Part shown: piece by piece, positions 20,360-29,602 of the stretch
How positions within the stretch are numbered: the stretch's first letter is position 1
Layout of the letters: every line of letters begins with the position of its first letter
Assembly: GCA_048526005.1 (NCBI GenBank)
Contig: DBFVEH010000021.1
Location: 581,647 to 645,646 of the forward strand
Reading direction: 5' to 3'
Length of the DNA stretch: 64,000 nucleotides
Source: Eubacteriales bacterium
GTDB taxonomy: Bacteria > Bacillota > Clostridia > Oscillospirales > CAG-272
Notes under the pieces: generated by a model
The model's database searches: none
Told to the model about the DNA's origin: nothing
What the model saw: only the letters and a program-made list of their open reading frames with translations
Made by a program: the position numbers and the translations under genes

Positions 20360-20490
20360 TTGACATACCGCGCCTTTTCTGCTATACTGTGAAAAAATCG
20401 ATATCACGCTTCCTTTGCCACCGGGTAAAGGAAAGAGAGTGTCCGCCGCGTTCCGTTAGGTCATAGAAGGAACCGGGCGGACATTTTTTC
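20360..20490 (+). promoter_or_regulatory. Consensus-like promoter plus structured, terminated leader upstream of the MATE gene
   Basis: TTGACA (20360-20365), 17 nt, then TATACT (20383-20388). An 8-bp hairpin cctttgcc-ACCG-ggtaaagg follows. A long hairpin gtccgcc...ggcggac (20441-20482) with a T6 run ends 10 nt before the ATG. Confidence 0.5.
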
Positions 20491-20499
20491 GGAGAAAAT

Positions 20500-21819
20500 A
20501 TGAACGCATCCCAAAAATTTGCCAAATATGTGACCTCCAGCGTCCTCGGCATGCTCGGACTTTCCTGCTATATTCTCGCGGACACCTATTTCGTCTCCGC
20601 CGGCGTCGGCGGTCTGGGGCTCGCCGCCCTGAATATCGCCATTCCCATATTCAGCCTTATCAGCGGAACGGGACTCATGGCCGGCATCGGCGCCGCCAGC
20701 CGCTTTACCGCGCTCCGTGCCGCCAAGGATAAGAACGCCGAAAATATCTTTACCAATATTTGTGCGTTCGGCATGGCGGCAGGCGTCCTCATCACACTGT
20801 TCGGGTTTGCCTTTTCGGAGGAAATCTGCCTCCTGCTCGGCGCGGATGCGGAAATCCTCGCCTATACCGACGAATATCTGAAAACCCTGATGTGTACCTC
20901 CTTACTTTTCATCATGAACAACATTCTCACCGCCTTCGTCCGCAACGACGGGAATCCGCGGCTCTCCATGGCGGCGATGCTCCTCGGCAGCTTTGCCAAT
21001 ATCTTTCTCGACTATCTCTTCATCTTCCCGCTGGGGCTCGGCATGTTCGGCGCGGCGGCTGCCACCGCCTCGGCGCCGCTTGTCAGCATGCTGATCCTTT
21101 CCCTGCATTTCCTCAAAAAATCGAACACCTTCCGGCTTATAAAATGCCGGATCTCTCCGCGCGCCATCGCCGCCTGCCTTTCCATGGGGACGTTCTCTCT
21201 CATCACGGAGCTTTCCTCCGGTGTCGTCATGGTCTTTTTCAACCGCTCCGTATTCTCGCTTGCAGGCAATACCGGCGTCGCAGCTTATGGAATCATCGCC
21301 AACATCGCGCTTGTCGCCGTCTCGATTTTCACGGGCATTTCTCAGGGAATCCAGCCTCTTGTAAGCGTTTCCGCCGCCGAAAAAAACAAGCCGGAGCTGT
21401 CGAAAATCCTGCGGCTTTCCTGCGCGCTTTCCCTTGCCGTCGCCGGCCTGCTTTTTGCCGCGGCTTTTCTCTTCCGCGAGCCGATGGTCGCGCTCTTCAA
21501 CAAGGAAAGCGATGCCGAAATGGCCGCGCTCGCTTGCCGGGGACTCGTGCTCTATTTCACGGGATTTTTTGCCGCCGGCCTCAACATCATCGCGGCCGCC
21601 TTCTACGCGGCCTGCACCAAAACCAAAGAGAGCTTTCTCATCTCCATGATGCGCGGCGTGATCCTCATCCTCCCCGCAGTCCTCATTCTCCCACGCGCCG
21701 CCGGAACCGACGGGATTTGGCTCTCGTTCGGCACGGCGGAAGCTCTCACGCTTGTCTTTTCCGCCGTCACCATCGTCCGCTATTTCAGAAAATTTGCAAA
21801 ATCGGCAAAAAGTTCTTGA
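20500..21819 (+). CDS. MATE family efflux transporter
   Basis: 439 aa, 12-TM-like, with the typical MATE N-terminus (LGMLGLSCYILADTYFVS). Confidence 0.9.
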   Translation: MNASQKFAKYVTSSVLGMLGLSCYILADTYFVSAGVGGLGLAALNIAIPIFSLISGTGLMAGIGAASRFTALRAAKDKNAENIFTNICAFGMAAGVLITLFGFAFSEEICLLLGADAEILAYTDEYLKTLMCTSLLFIMNNILTAFVRNDGNPRLSMAAMLLGSFANIFLDYLFIFPLGLGMFGAAAATASAPLVSMLILSLHFLKKSNTFRLIKCRISPRAIAACLSMGTFSLITELSSGVVMVFFNRSVFSLAGNTGVAAYGIIANIALVAVSIFTGISQGIQPLVSVSAAEKNKPELSKILRLSCALSLAVAGLLFAAAFLFREPMVALFNKESDAEMAALACRGLVLYFTGFFAAGLNIIAAAFYAACTKTKESFLISMMRGVILILPAVLILPRAAGTDGIWLSFGTAEALTLVFSAVTIVRYFRKFAKSAKSS

Positions 21820-22110
21820 CATATACAAAATTATAGAATAGAATAAAGTGTAAATATAAAATCCTGAAAGGCGTTGACGAAGAGAGTAGCGCTTCCAAGC
21901 GGTCAAAGCGAGCCGGAGACGGTGAAAGTCCGGCATCATTGCGGGAAGCGGCGAAAATCACTTCCGAGCCTCGGCGGCGAACGGAATTTTTCCCATTAGC
22001 CTCCGACGGCGGCTCCCCGTCACGGAGCGGCATATGTCTGTATGTTTGATAGGTGGTAAAGCGGAGCGGAAATCTTCGTCCTACGAATACGGACGAAGAT
22101 TTTTTATTTT
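21816..22110 (+). promoter_or_regulatory. Promoter plus T-box leader (Ile) with intrinsic terminator upstream of ileS
   Basis: TTGACA (21816-21821), 17 nt, then TAGAAT (21839-21844). Stem I elements AGAGAGU and GGUGAAAG, GAAAAUCAC (candidate AUC Ile specifier), and a T-box AGGUGGUAAAGCGG (22051-22064). The terminator is aaatcttcgtcc...ggacgaagattttttatttt (22071-22110). Confidence 0.8.
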
Positions 22111-22137
22111 GGAAATTCAGCATGAGGAGGCCATTTC

Positions 22138-25100
22138 ATGTACGAAAAAGTATCGGCAAATCTGAATTTTGTCGAAAGAGAAAAGAAAATCGAAGCCTTT
22201 TGGCGGGAAAACAAAATCTTTGAAAAAAGCATAGAGGACAGGCGGGACTGCAAAAACTATACGTTCTACGACGGTCCGCCGACCGCCAACGGCAAGCCGC
22301 ATATCGGACATGTCCTCACCCGCGTCATCAAGGACATGATCCCCCGCTACCGCACGATGAAGGGCTATAAGGTCGACCGAAAGGCCGGCTGGGATACCCA
22401 CGGACTGCCGGTCGAGCTGGAAGTCGAAAAAAAGCTCGGGCTCGACGGCAAGGAGCAGATCGAGCAATACGGAATCGCCCCTTTCATCGCGGAATGCAAG
22501 GAGAGCGTTTGGAAATACAAGGGCATGTGGGAAAAATTCTCCGGCACCGTCGGCTTTTGGGCGGATATGGAGCATCCTTATGTGACCTATGAAAACGATT
22601 ATATCGAATCCGAATGGTGGGCGCTCAAACAGATCTACGACAAGGGACTGCTCTACAAGGGCTTCCAAATCGTTCCCTACTGCCCGCGCTGCGGTACGCC
22701 GCTCGCCACGCACGAGGTCGCGCAGGGCTATAAGACCGTCAAGGAGCGCTCCGCCGTCGTCCGCTTCAAGGCAAAGGGCGAGGACGCTTACTTTCTCGCA
22801 TGGACGACCACGCCGTGGACGCTGCCCTCCAACGTCGCGCTCACCGTCAATCCCGACGAGGTTTACTGCAAGGTAAAGGCCGCGGACGGCTATACGTATT
22901 ATATGGCGAAAGCGCTGCTCGACACCGTGCTCGGAAGGCTCGCAAAGGATGGCGCGCCCGCCTACGAGATTCTGGAATCGATGACGGGCAAGGAGCTTGA
23001 ATACCGCGAATACGAGCCGCTCTTCGCCTGCACCGGCGAATTTGTCGCGAAAACCGGCAAAAAAGCGCATTTTCTCACCTGCGCGAACTATGTTACGATG
23101 ACCGACGGCACCGGCATCGTCCACACGGCGCCCGCTTTCGGTGCGGACGACTTAAAGACCGGACGCCGGTACGACCTGCCGTTCGTCCAGTTCGTGGACG
23201 GAAAAGGCGATATGACGGAAAACACGCCTTATGCCGGAAAATTCGTCAAGGAGGCAGACCCGCTGATCCTGCATGATCTCAAAGAGGAGGGACTTCTCTT
23301 CGACGCGCCGAACTTCGAACATGAATATCCGTTCTGCTGGCGCTGCGACACGCCGCTCATCTATTACGCGCGCGATTCGTGGTTCATCGAAATGACCAAG
23401 GTGCGCGAGAATCTCATCCAAAACAACAACACGATCAACTGGATTCCGGAATCCATCGGCAAAGGACGCTTCGGCGACTGGCTTGAGAACGTGCAGGACT
23501 GGGGCATCTCCCGCAACCGCTACTGGGGCACGCCGCTCAACATTTGGGAATGCGAATGCGGACACCGCCATGCCGTCGGCTCCATCGCCGAGCTGCGCGA
23601 GATGTCGGACAGCTGCCCCGAGGATATCGAGCTGCACCGTCCCTTCATCGACGCCGTCACCATCAAATGCCCGCACTGCGGCGGCGAAATGCACCGCGTG
23701 AAGGAGGTCATCGACTGCTGGTTCGATTCCGGCTCCATGCCGTTTGCCCAGTGGCACTATCCGTTTGAAAACCAAGAGGTCTTTGAGGAGCATTTCCCGG
23801 CGGATTTCATTTCCGAGGCGGTCGATCAGACGCGCGGCTGGTTCTATTCCCTGCTCGCCATCTCGACGCTTATTTTCGATAAGGCTCCGTATAAAAACGT
23901 CATCGTGCTGGGGCTCGTTCAGGATGAAAACGGCCAGAAAATGTCCAAATCCAAGGGCAATGCCGTCGATCCGTTCGACGCGCTGGAAACCTACGGCGCG
24001 GACGCCATCCGCTGGTATTTCTACTCCAACAGCGCGCCGTGGCTCCCGAACCGCTTCCACGGAGGCGCGGTCGTCGAAGGACAGCGCAAATTCATGGGTA
24101 CGCTTTGGAACACGTATGCGTTCTTCGTGCTCTACGCCAATATCGACGGCTTCGACGCGACCAAGTATACGCTGGATTATGACAAGCTATCCGTCATGGA
24201 TAAATGGCTCCTGTCGAGACTGAATACCGTCGTCGCAGCGGTCGATAAAAATCTTGAAAGCTATGAGATCCTGCAATCCACCAAGCTTTTGCAGGACTTC
24301 GTGGACGATCTTTCCAACTGGTACGTCCGCCGCTCCCGTGAACGCTTCTGGGTATCCGGCATGCCGCAGGACAAGATAAACGCCTATATGACGCTCTATA
24401 CGACGCTCGTCACATTCTGCAAGCTCGCAGCGCCGATGATCCCGTTCATGACGGAGGACATCTACCGCAATCTCGTTTGCAGCATCGACAAGGACGCGCC
24501 GGAATCCGTCCATCTCTGCGATTATCCGACTGTCAATGAGGCGATGATCGACCGAGAGCTGGAAGCGCGCATGGGCGAGGTTCTCGACGTCGTCGTGCTC
24601 GGACGCGCATGCCGCAATGCCGCAAACATCAAAAACCGTCAGCCGATCGCCGCGATGTATGTCAAGGCGGAGCTTCCTCTGCCGGACTATTTCACCGAAA
24701 TCATCGCAGATGAGCTGAATGTCAAGGAGGTCCGCTATACGGACGATGTGAGCGCGTTCACCTCCTACTCGTTCAAGCCGCAGATGCGCACCGTCGGACC
24801 GAAATACGGCAAGCACCTCGGCAAAATCCGCGAGCTTCTGCCGAAGCTCGACGGCAACGCCGCGATGGCGGAGCTGAACGCGGCCGGCGTGATTCGTCTC
24901 GACCTCGGCGATATCACGGCGGAGCTGTCCCGCGACGATCTGCTCATCGATTCCGCGCAGATGCCCGGCTTTGAAGCCCTTTCCGACAAGGGCATCACCG
25001 TCGTGCTCGACACCAATCTCACGCCGGAGCTCATCGAGGAAGGCAATGTCCGCGAGATCATCTCGAAGATTCAGACGATGCGTAAAGACGCGGGCTTCGA

Positions 25101-25287
25101 GGTGCTCGATCATATCCGCGTTTTCGCCGCCGGGAACGACGCGCTGCGCGCCGTCATGGAGCGCAACGCGGACGACATCAAGGGCAAAACGCTGTGCGAT
25201 GCTTTTCTCTTCGACAAGACCTGTGCCTCCTCCAAGGAATGGAGCATCGGCGACGAAAAGCTGACGCTCGGCGTGGAAAAGATATAA
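22138..25287 (+). CDS. ileS: Isoleucine--tRNA ligase, long (type 2-like) form
   Basis: 1049 aa with the HIGH motif (PHIGHVLT), KMSKS (KMSKSKGN) and a CP1 editing domain. The length and C-terminus resemble type 2 IleRS rather than the roughly 920-aa type 1. Confidence 0.97.
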   Translation: MYEKVSANLNFVEREKKIEAFWRENKIFEKSIEDRRDCKNYTFYDGPPTANGKPHIGHVLTRVIKDMIPRYRTMKGYKVDRKAGWDTHGLPVELEVEKKLGLDGKEQIEQYGIAPFIAECKESVWKYKGMWEKFSGTVGFWADMEHPYVTYENDYIESEWWALKQIYDKGLLYKGFQIVPYCPRCGTPLATHEVAQGYKTVKERSAVVRFKAKGEDAYFLAWTTTPWTLPSNVALTVNPDEVYCKVKAADGYTYYMAKALLDTVLGRLAKDGAPAYEILESMTGKELEYREYEPLFACTGEFVAKTGKKAHFLTCANYVTMTDGTGIVHTAPAFGADDLKTGRRYDLPFVQFVDGKGDMTENTPYAGKFVKEADPLILHDLKEEGLLFDAPNFEHEYPFCWRCDTPLIYYARDSWFIEMTKVRENLIQNNNTINWIPESIGKGRFGDWLENVQDWGISRNRYWGTPLNIWECECGHRHAVGSIAELREMSDSCPEDIELHRPFIDAVTIKCPHCGGEMHRVKEVIDCWFDSGSMPFAQWHYPFENQEVFEEHFPADFISEAVDQTRGWFYSLLAISTLIFDKAPYKNVIVLGLVQDENGQKMSKSKGNAVDPFDALETYGADAIRWYFYSNSAPWLPNRFHGGAVVEGQRKFMGTLWNTYAFFVLYANIDGFDATKYTLDYDKLSVMDKWLLSRLNTVVAAVDKNLESYEILQSTKLLQDFVDDLSNWYVRRSRERFWVSGMPQDKINAYMTLYTTLVTFCKLAAPMIPFMTEDIYRNLVCSIDKDAPESVHLCDYPTVNEAMIDRELEARMGEVLDVVVLGRACRNAANIKNRQPIAAMYVKAELPLPDYFTEIIADELNVKEVRYTDDVSAFTSYSFKPQMRTVGPKYGKHLGKIRELLPKLDGNAAMAELNAAGVIRLDLGDITAELSRDDLLIDSAQMPGFEALSDKGITVVLDTNLTPELIEEGNVREIISKIQTMRKDAGFEVLDHIRVFAAGNDALRAVMERNADDIKGKTLCDAFLFDKTCASSKEWSIGDEKLTLGVEKI

Positions 25288-25300
25288 AATATGGACAATC

Positions 25301-25339
25301 AACCAAAGCCCGAGGCAAAAGCCTCGGGCTTTGGTTTTA
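25301..25339 (+). terminator. Rho-independent terminator of ileS
   Basis: The sequence aaccaaagcccgaggc-aaaa-gcctcgggctttggtttt forms a 16-bp stem. Confidence 0.8.
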
Positions 25340-25425
25340 GGAGAAATCCACATGGCACATATGGAGGTTAGATATGAGCCTTGGAGGATTACCGCTGGGT
25401 CGAACGCTTCCAGTTGTGTATGTTT

Positions 25426-25689
25426 TCACTTGGAAGGCGTCTTGATGAAGGGCTTTGCATCGGAAACGTTTCCGTCGGAAAGCCGTCTGCCGGATGTATT
25501 TTCTTCCCCGGCTTTGTCGGCCGCGCCGTCGGAGGCTTCCACGGCGGCATCTTCCTGCGCAAGCAGATCAAACGTATATTTCGCGCCGAGCTTAAAGGCA
25601 CGGACAAAGGTTTGATTTTGAAGGTGAACCTTGCAGTTTCCATGCAAGGTTTTGAGCCTTGATAACATTCTTTTCTGCTTATCCGTCAA
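25426..25689 (-). CDS. Hypothetical small protein (mobile-element-like)
   Basis: 87-aa ORF (TTG start in the track, internal ATG at M8). QKRMLSRLKTLHGNCKVHLQNQTFVRAFKLGAKYTFDLL resembles small helical proteins common on clostridial phages/ICEs. Support is weak. Confidence 0.3.
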   Translation of the reverse strand: MTDKQKRMLSRLKTLHGNCKVHLQNQTFVRAFKLGAKYTFDLLAQEDAAVEASDGAADKAGEENTSGRRLSDGNVSDAKPFIKTPSK

Positions 25690-25787
25690 TGTCTCTTCCA
25701 GCTTTGCCGCCGGGTCCGAGTAATCGGTCGAAGTAGGGTGCCTCGTACACCTGAAACGGAAATTCTTGAGGGTGCCAGCCCTCTTGA

Positions 25788-26042
25788 ATCCGGCGGTTTT
25801 TCTGCAAATACGGTTATTCCGAACGATATATCGGAAAAATGTTCAAAAGGCTCACCGGACTTTCTTTTTCCGAATATATGCTGAATTTGCGCATCAGCAA
25901 AGCAAAAACACTGCTCCGGCTCTCCGACGCTTCCGTCACCGTCATCGCCGAGGAAACAGGCTTCTACGATGTCTGCCATTTCATACGCAGCTTCAAAAAG
26001 GCTACGGGATCATCGCCAAGCGAATTTCGCAGACAAAAATAA
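25788..26042 (+). pseudogene. AraC-family regulator remnant (C-terminal HTH only)
   Basis: The open frame from 25788 reads ...YGYSERYIGKMFKRLTGLSFSEYMLNLRISKAKTLLRLSDASVTVIAEETGFYDVCHFIRSFKKATGSSPSEFRRQK, which is only the DNA-binding domain. A TGA lies immediately upstream and no sensor domain is found in any frame. Confidence 0.6.
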
Positions 26043-26173
26043 AATCGATAAACAGTATCCAAGCTCCAAGGTTCAATATTTTTGCTTTTTGCGCAAATTT
26101 CATCTTGACATCCTGTCAAATTTATGCTATCATATTAACCGCGGTTCGGTGATAGCATCGTTTCCGCTTCGAT

Positions 26174-26250
26174 GAAGGCGTAGCTCAGCTGGTTAGAGTA
26201 TCTGCTTGACATGCAGGGGGTCGGTGGTTCAAATCCACTCGTCTTCACCA
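26174..26250 (+). tRNA. tRNA-Val (anticodon GAC), CCA encoded
   Basis: Folded by hand. The acceptor stem is GAAGGCG/CGTCTTC, the anticodon stem TCTGC/GCAGG with loop TTGACAT, the T-arm GGTGGTTCAAATCCACT, and a 3' ACCA. Confidence 0.9.
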
Positions 26251-26287
26251 ATAAAAGCACTCCGTTTCAAGAGTGCTTTTATCATAC

Positions 26288-26363
<76 letters not shown>

Positions 26364-26368
26364 TATGG

Positions 26369-26412
26369 AAAACCGCAATATACCGTTGATAACGGTATAT
26401 TGCGGTTTTTCT
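26369..26412 (+). terminator. Terminator after the tRNA pair
   Basis: The sequence aaaaccgcaatataccgtt-gat-aacggtatattgcggttttt forms a 17-bp stem plus a T-run. Low-GC DNA starts immediately after it. Confidence 0.75.
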
Positions 26413-26636
26413 TTTATAACATACCGCTTGGAACGCGAGAAGCCATATATTTTTGTATCCTATAACTCTACAAAAAATATTTTTCTGTTCTTATTTTTTT
26501 CGCTAATATTCGACTTTTTTTTTAAATATCATATGATAAAATATTTATATAATTAATAATTAGGAGGTGATTCCATTGTGCTATTTGTAATATAAATTTA
26601 GCTTATAATATATCAACATGAAAGGTAAAACAAATA

Positions 26637-28655
26637 ATGAAAAAGAATATATTAAAAAAAATATTATCAATTTTATTTGCAATATCCCTTTGCGTTCAAC
26701 TTACATCTTTTGGATTTGCGCATAACATAGAGCACAATATCACAAAAATGACCCCCGAATTACAGGCAATTATAGCATCCACAACATCTGATGAAAAAAT
26801 TCCAATTTTAATTGACATAAAACAAATTAGTGAAAAAGCTATAAGAGAAAACATGATCAAAGCTGGTTGGGATTATGATGTCTTCTATGATGAAAATTTA
26901 TTTGCAGAAAAAATGATTCCCCAAATACAATCTCTTGCAACAGACAAATTAGAACCATCTACCAACAACATTAGTACCACTGTGTCCTTAGAAAATCAAA
27001 ATGATTTTCAAGAAGCAATGCTTGATATTGAGTACCAAGTAAGAAAAGATTTTAAAATCGCTAGACAAGATACAATAAAAGTTTTACAAACTTCCTTCAA
27101 TGAAAAATTTATTCAACAAAATCAAATCCCTTCAGAAGACATCATTTATATTAGTCAATACGTTTCGTATATTATACTGAATGCAAATATTTCTACAATC
27201 AACAAATTAAATCGAAACTCCAACGTAAGAAAAATCAGTTATTTAGATCCAGAAAATGGTCCTAAACCTGCAATGTCTATCAGTTCGAGCTCTAATCAAG
27301 CCAAAATGAATATGTTAAACTCATCGTATGATTGCAGTGGAATTACAATCGGCATTTTGGAAACGATAGATACAGAAAATTTATCCGGCAATGCGTATAG
27401 ATCAGGTTTAGATACTTCATCTCCCCATATTACATCTCAAACTAAAATTTATCAGTTTTATAATGCTTTAGATAATAGCTCTAATCGTATAGGACCAAGC
27501 AGCCATACAACTGCAATTGCTTCTATTATTGCAGGTGCGCCAGTGACAATAAATGGAACAACTTACCGCGGTGTTACACAAAACGCAACTGTATATGTTG
27601 CTGTTTGCAATGGTCTCAATACAACGGTTGGTTATAACTTTCTTTCACAATTAGAACTGTTGATTCAGGCCCATTCAGATGTCATTAATATAAGCATGGG
27701 GTGGTCTACACAAAACACCTATCAATCCATCCAAGATGAAATTATTGATAAATATAGTATCTTGGGAACACTCTTTGTCATTGCTGCCGGTAATAATGAC
27801 AAAGCTCCGTCCAGTCGAATTATTAGCCCAGCACATTCATATAATTCAATTGCCGTAGCAAATGCATCACTTATTGGAACTACTTCTTCCTATACCATCA
27901 ATAATACAAGTTGTTACAATCAAGATGTAGCTCCCTATCAAACCAATAAACCAGATATCGCTGCTGCCGGAACAAGCATTCAAGTTCCAACATCCAACAC
28001 CACAATATCATCCAACACAGGAACAAGCTTTGCCGCGCCATTCGTTACAGGAGCCGCAGCACGAATCATCAAGTTAATGCCGGAAACCTTGCAAAATCCC
28101 ACTCTTGTCAAAACAATTCTTTTAGCATCTGCTAATTCTGCCAAAATTAGCGGTGACACTTACTGTACATCAGATAGAACGAGCACCGGAACACCTCTCG
28201 CATTAAAACAAAAAAGCGGTGCCGGACTCCTTGATTTGGACAAAGCAGTAGAAATTCTATCAAACAACCAGTATTCTTCTCAAAAAGTTGAAATCACACA
28301 GCCGACAGAATATACCAATATCGCGACTTTCACTCCTGGCAACGGGCATCATGCAAAAGTCACTTTGTGCTTCAATATTATCGGAACTGCTTGGCGAAAA
28401 TTAGATCAAACAACATGGACTTTTCCTGATCCCTTTTATAATTTAAATATTGATTTGCGCGTTATCAATAACCGTACTGGTCAAGTGATAGCTTCCTCTG
28501 AATCCTTATATAACAATGTAGAAATTGTCGAGTTTGACACTACTTCTGATAGCTATACTATACAATATAAGGTCACAACATATGATTTGGAGGAAGATCA
28601 AGATTTCCTAATTGAATACCGCCATACTATCTCCTGTGCATGGCAGTGGAGATAA
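26637..28655 (+). CDS. Secreted S8 (subtilisin-like) serine peptidase
   Basis: 672 aa with a signal peptide (MKKNILKKILSILFAISLCVQLTSFGFA). Triad candidates are TIDTE (Asp), SSHTTAIASIIAG (His) and GTSFAAPFVTGAAARI (Ser), with oxyanion NISMG. The gene is very AT-rich compared with its neighbours. Confidence 0.85.
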   Translation: MKKNILKKILSILFAISLCVQLTSFGFAHNIEHNITKMTPELQAIIASTTSDEKIPILIDIKQISEKAIRENMIKAGWDYDVFYDENLFAEKMIPQIQSLATDKLEPSTNNISTTVSLENQNDFQEAMLDIEYQVRKDFKIARQDTIKVLQTSFNEKFIQQNQIPSEDIIYISQYVSYIILNANISTINKLNRNSNVRKISYLDPENGPKPAMSISSSSNQAKMNMLNSSYDCSGITIGILETIDTENLSGNAYRSGLDTSSPHITSQTKIYQFYNALDNSSNRIGPSSHTTAIASIIAGAPVTINGTTYRGVTQNATVYVAVCNGLNTTVGYNFLSQLELLIQAHSDVINISMGWSTQNTYQSIQDEIIDKYSILGTLFVIAAGNNDKAPSSRIISPAHSYNSIAVANASLIGTTSSYTINNTSCYNQDVAPYQTNKPDIAAAGTSIQVPTSNTTISSNTGTSFAAPFVTGAAARIIKLMPETLQNPTLVKTILLASANSAKISGDTYCTSDRTSTGTPLALKQKSGAGLLDLDKAVEILSNNQYSSQKVEITQPTEYTNIATFTPGNGHHAKVTLCFNIIGTAWRKLDQTTWTFPDPFYNLNIDLRVINNRTGQVIASSESLYNNVEIVEFDTTSDSYTIQYKVTTYDLEEDQDFLIEYRHTISCAWQWR

Positions 28656-28680
28656 TTATGAAATACGAAAGGAGATTTAC

Positions 28681-29523
28681 ATGAAAAAAATCGTTTTTCT
28701 TCTCGCAGCCGTCCTTTCCCTCTCCATTTTCGCCTCCTCCTGTGCCGATAACGTCACGGAAACAACGACCGGAATTGAGCAAACCACCGAATCAACGGCA
28801 GAATCCTCGACGGAGGCGCCAGTCGTCCCTCCTATCAGCGATCCATGGAAAGCCGCCGTATGGAGCAAGGAACCGTGGTGGGAAAACACCCGGCTGCTCG
28901 TCGACAATGTGAACGCCGTAAGCTATGGGGCGCTTGTCATTTCCGAGGATATACAAAAGCAGGAAGGCGACACGCTCCTCGCCGTAGAAGCGGTCGTGAG
29001 AAAGGAAGGCGGTATAACGCTCGAAGAGCAGATGGCATTTATCTCGTCTTTCGGATTTGAAATGATTTCCTATCCGAAATACGACTACACGAAATTCTGC
29101 GTTTTTCTCTCCACGAAAGAACAGCTTATGCGCATTTCCTTTTCGGAGGAATACACGGTCGGCGTCAAGCTTGCCTTTGCCGCAGAGGGCTTTTACAACG
29201 AAGTCAACGAAAGCTCGCAAGCCGCTCTCGCAAAAGCGTTTCCAGACGGTCAAGAGGAAATTTACGGAATCATGATAAGCGTCAAAGCTCCGGAAGGAAC
29301 ACCTTATCCAAGCGCAGAGGGATGGGAAGCGCTATGGGAAAGCGCACGCGCGAAGCATCCTATTCCGCTGCGTTCGGACGGAAATCCTGACAGTGGGCCT
29401 ACTCTTGAAGCAGATGTGACGCCTGAGCAGCTATTCAAAATGCTTGCTTCCGACGAATTTTTTGACGATTGCAGAATAGACCTCATTACACAAGGAAGCA
29501 TAAAAGCTGAAACCTTTCAGTAA
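28681..29523 (+). CDS. Hypothetical lipoprotein
   Basis: The start at 28681 (AAAGGAG SD) gives MKKIVFLLAAVLSLSIFASSC with a lipobox. Host-like GC. Confidence 0.6.
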   Translation: MKKIVFLLAAVLSLSIFASSCADNVTETTTGIEQTTESTAESSTEAPVVPPISDPWKAAVWSKEPWWENTRLLVDNVNAVSYGALVISEDIQKQEGDTLLAVEAVVRKEGGITLEEQMAFISSFGFEMISYPKYDYTKFCVFLSTKEQLMRISFSEEYTVGVKLAFAAEGFYNEVNESSQAALAKAFPDGQEEIYGIMISVKAPEGTPYPSAEGWEALWESARAKHPIPLRSDGNPDSGPTLEADVTPEQLFKMLASDEFFDDCRIDLITQGSIKAETFQ

Positions 29524-29555
29524 AAGAAAGGGAGAGCGCCGCTCTCCCTTTCTTT
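29523..29555. terminator. Bidirectional terminator between convergent genes
   Basis: aaagaaagggagagcgccgctctccctttcttt is a perfect long palindrome between the lipoprotein gene (+) and mutY (-). Confidence 0.75.
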
Positions 29556-29602
29556 ATGCCCTGCCATGGCCACCGCCACAAAATCCCGTCTGTCCCGCGC
29601 TT

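Noticed and set aside
20411-20432. The hairpin with an ACCG loop in the MATE leader as a mini-ykkC (guanidine-II) element.
   Set aside because: Guanidine-II hairpins carry an ACGR loop and occur as a pair. Here the loop is ACCG and the second hairpin is a plain terminator.
22138-25287. Type-2-like IleRS as an acquired mupirocin-resistance determinant.
   Set aside because: The gene has host-like GC, a native T-box leader and a core-gene context. Nothing suggests acquisition, and no second ileS is visible in the window.
26560-26600. A strong SD (AGGAGGTG) followed by a 5-6 codon mini-ORF upstream of the subtilase gene.
   Set aside because: It is probably a vestigial start site or chance in AT-rich DNA. 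No structure links it to regulation.
27340-27380. Possible Asp-to-Glu substitution in the subtilase catalytic Asp motif (GITIGILETID).
   Set aside because: The alignment is ambiguous by eye. The adjacent TIDTE segment supplies an Asp in an xIDTx context, so a canonical D-H-S triad is likely.
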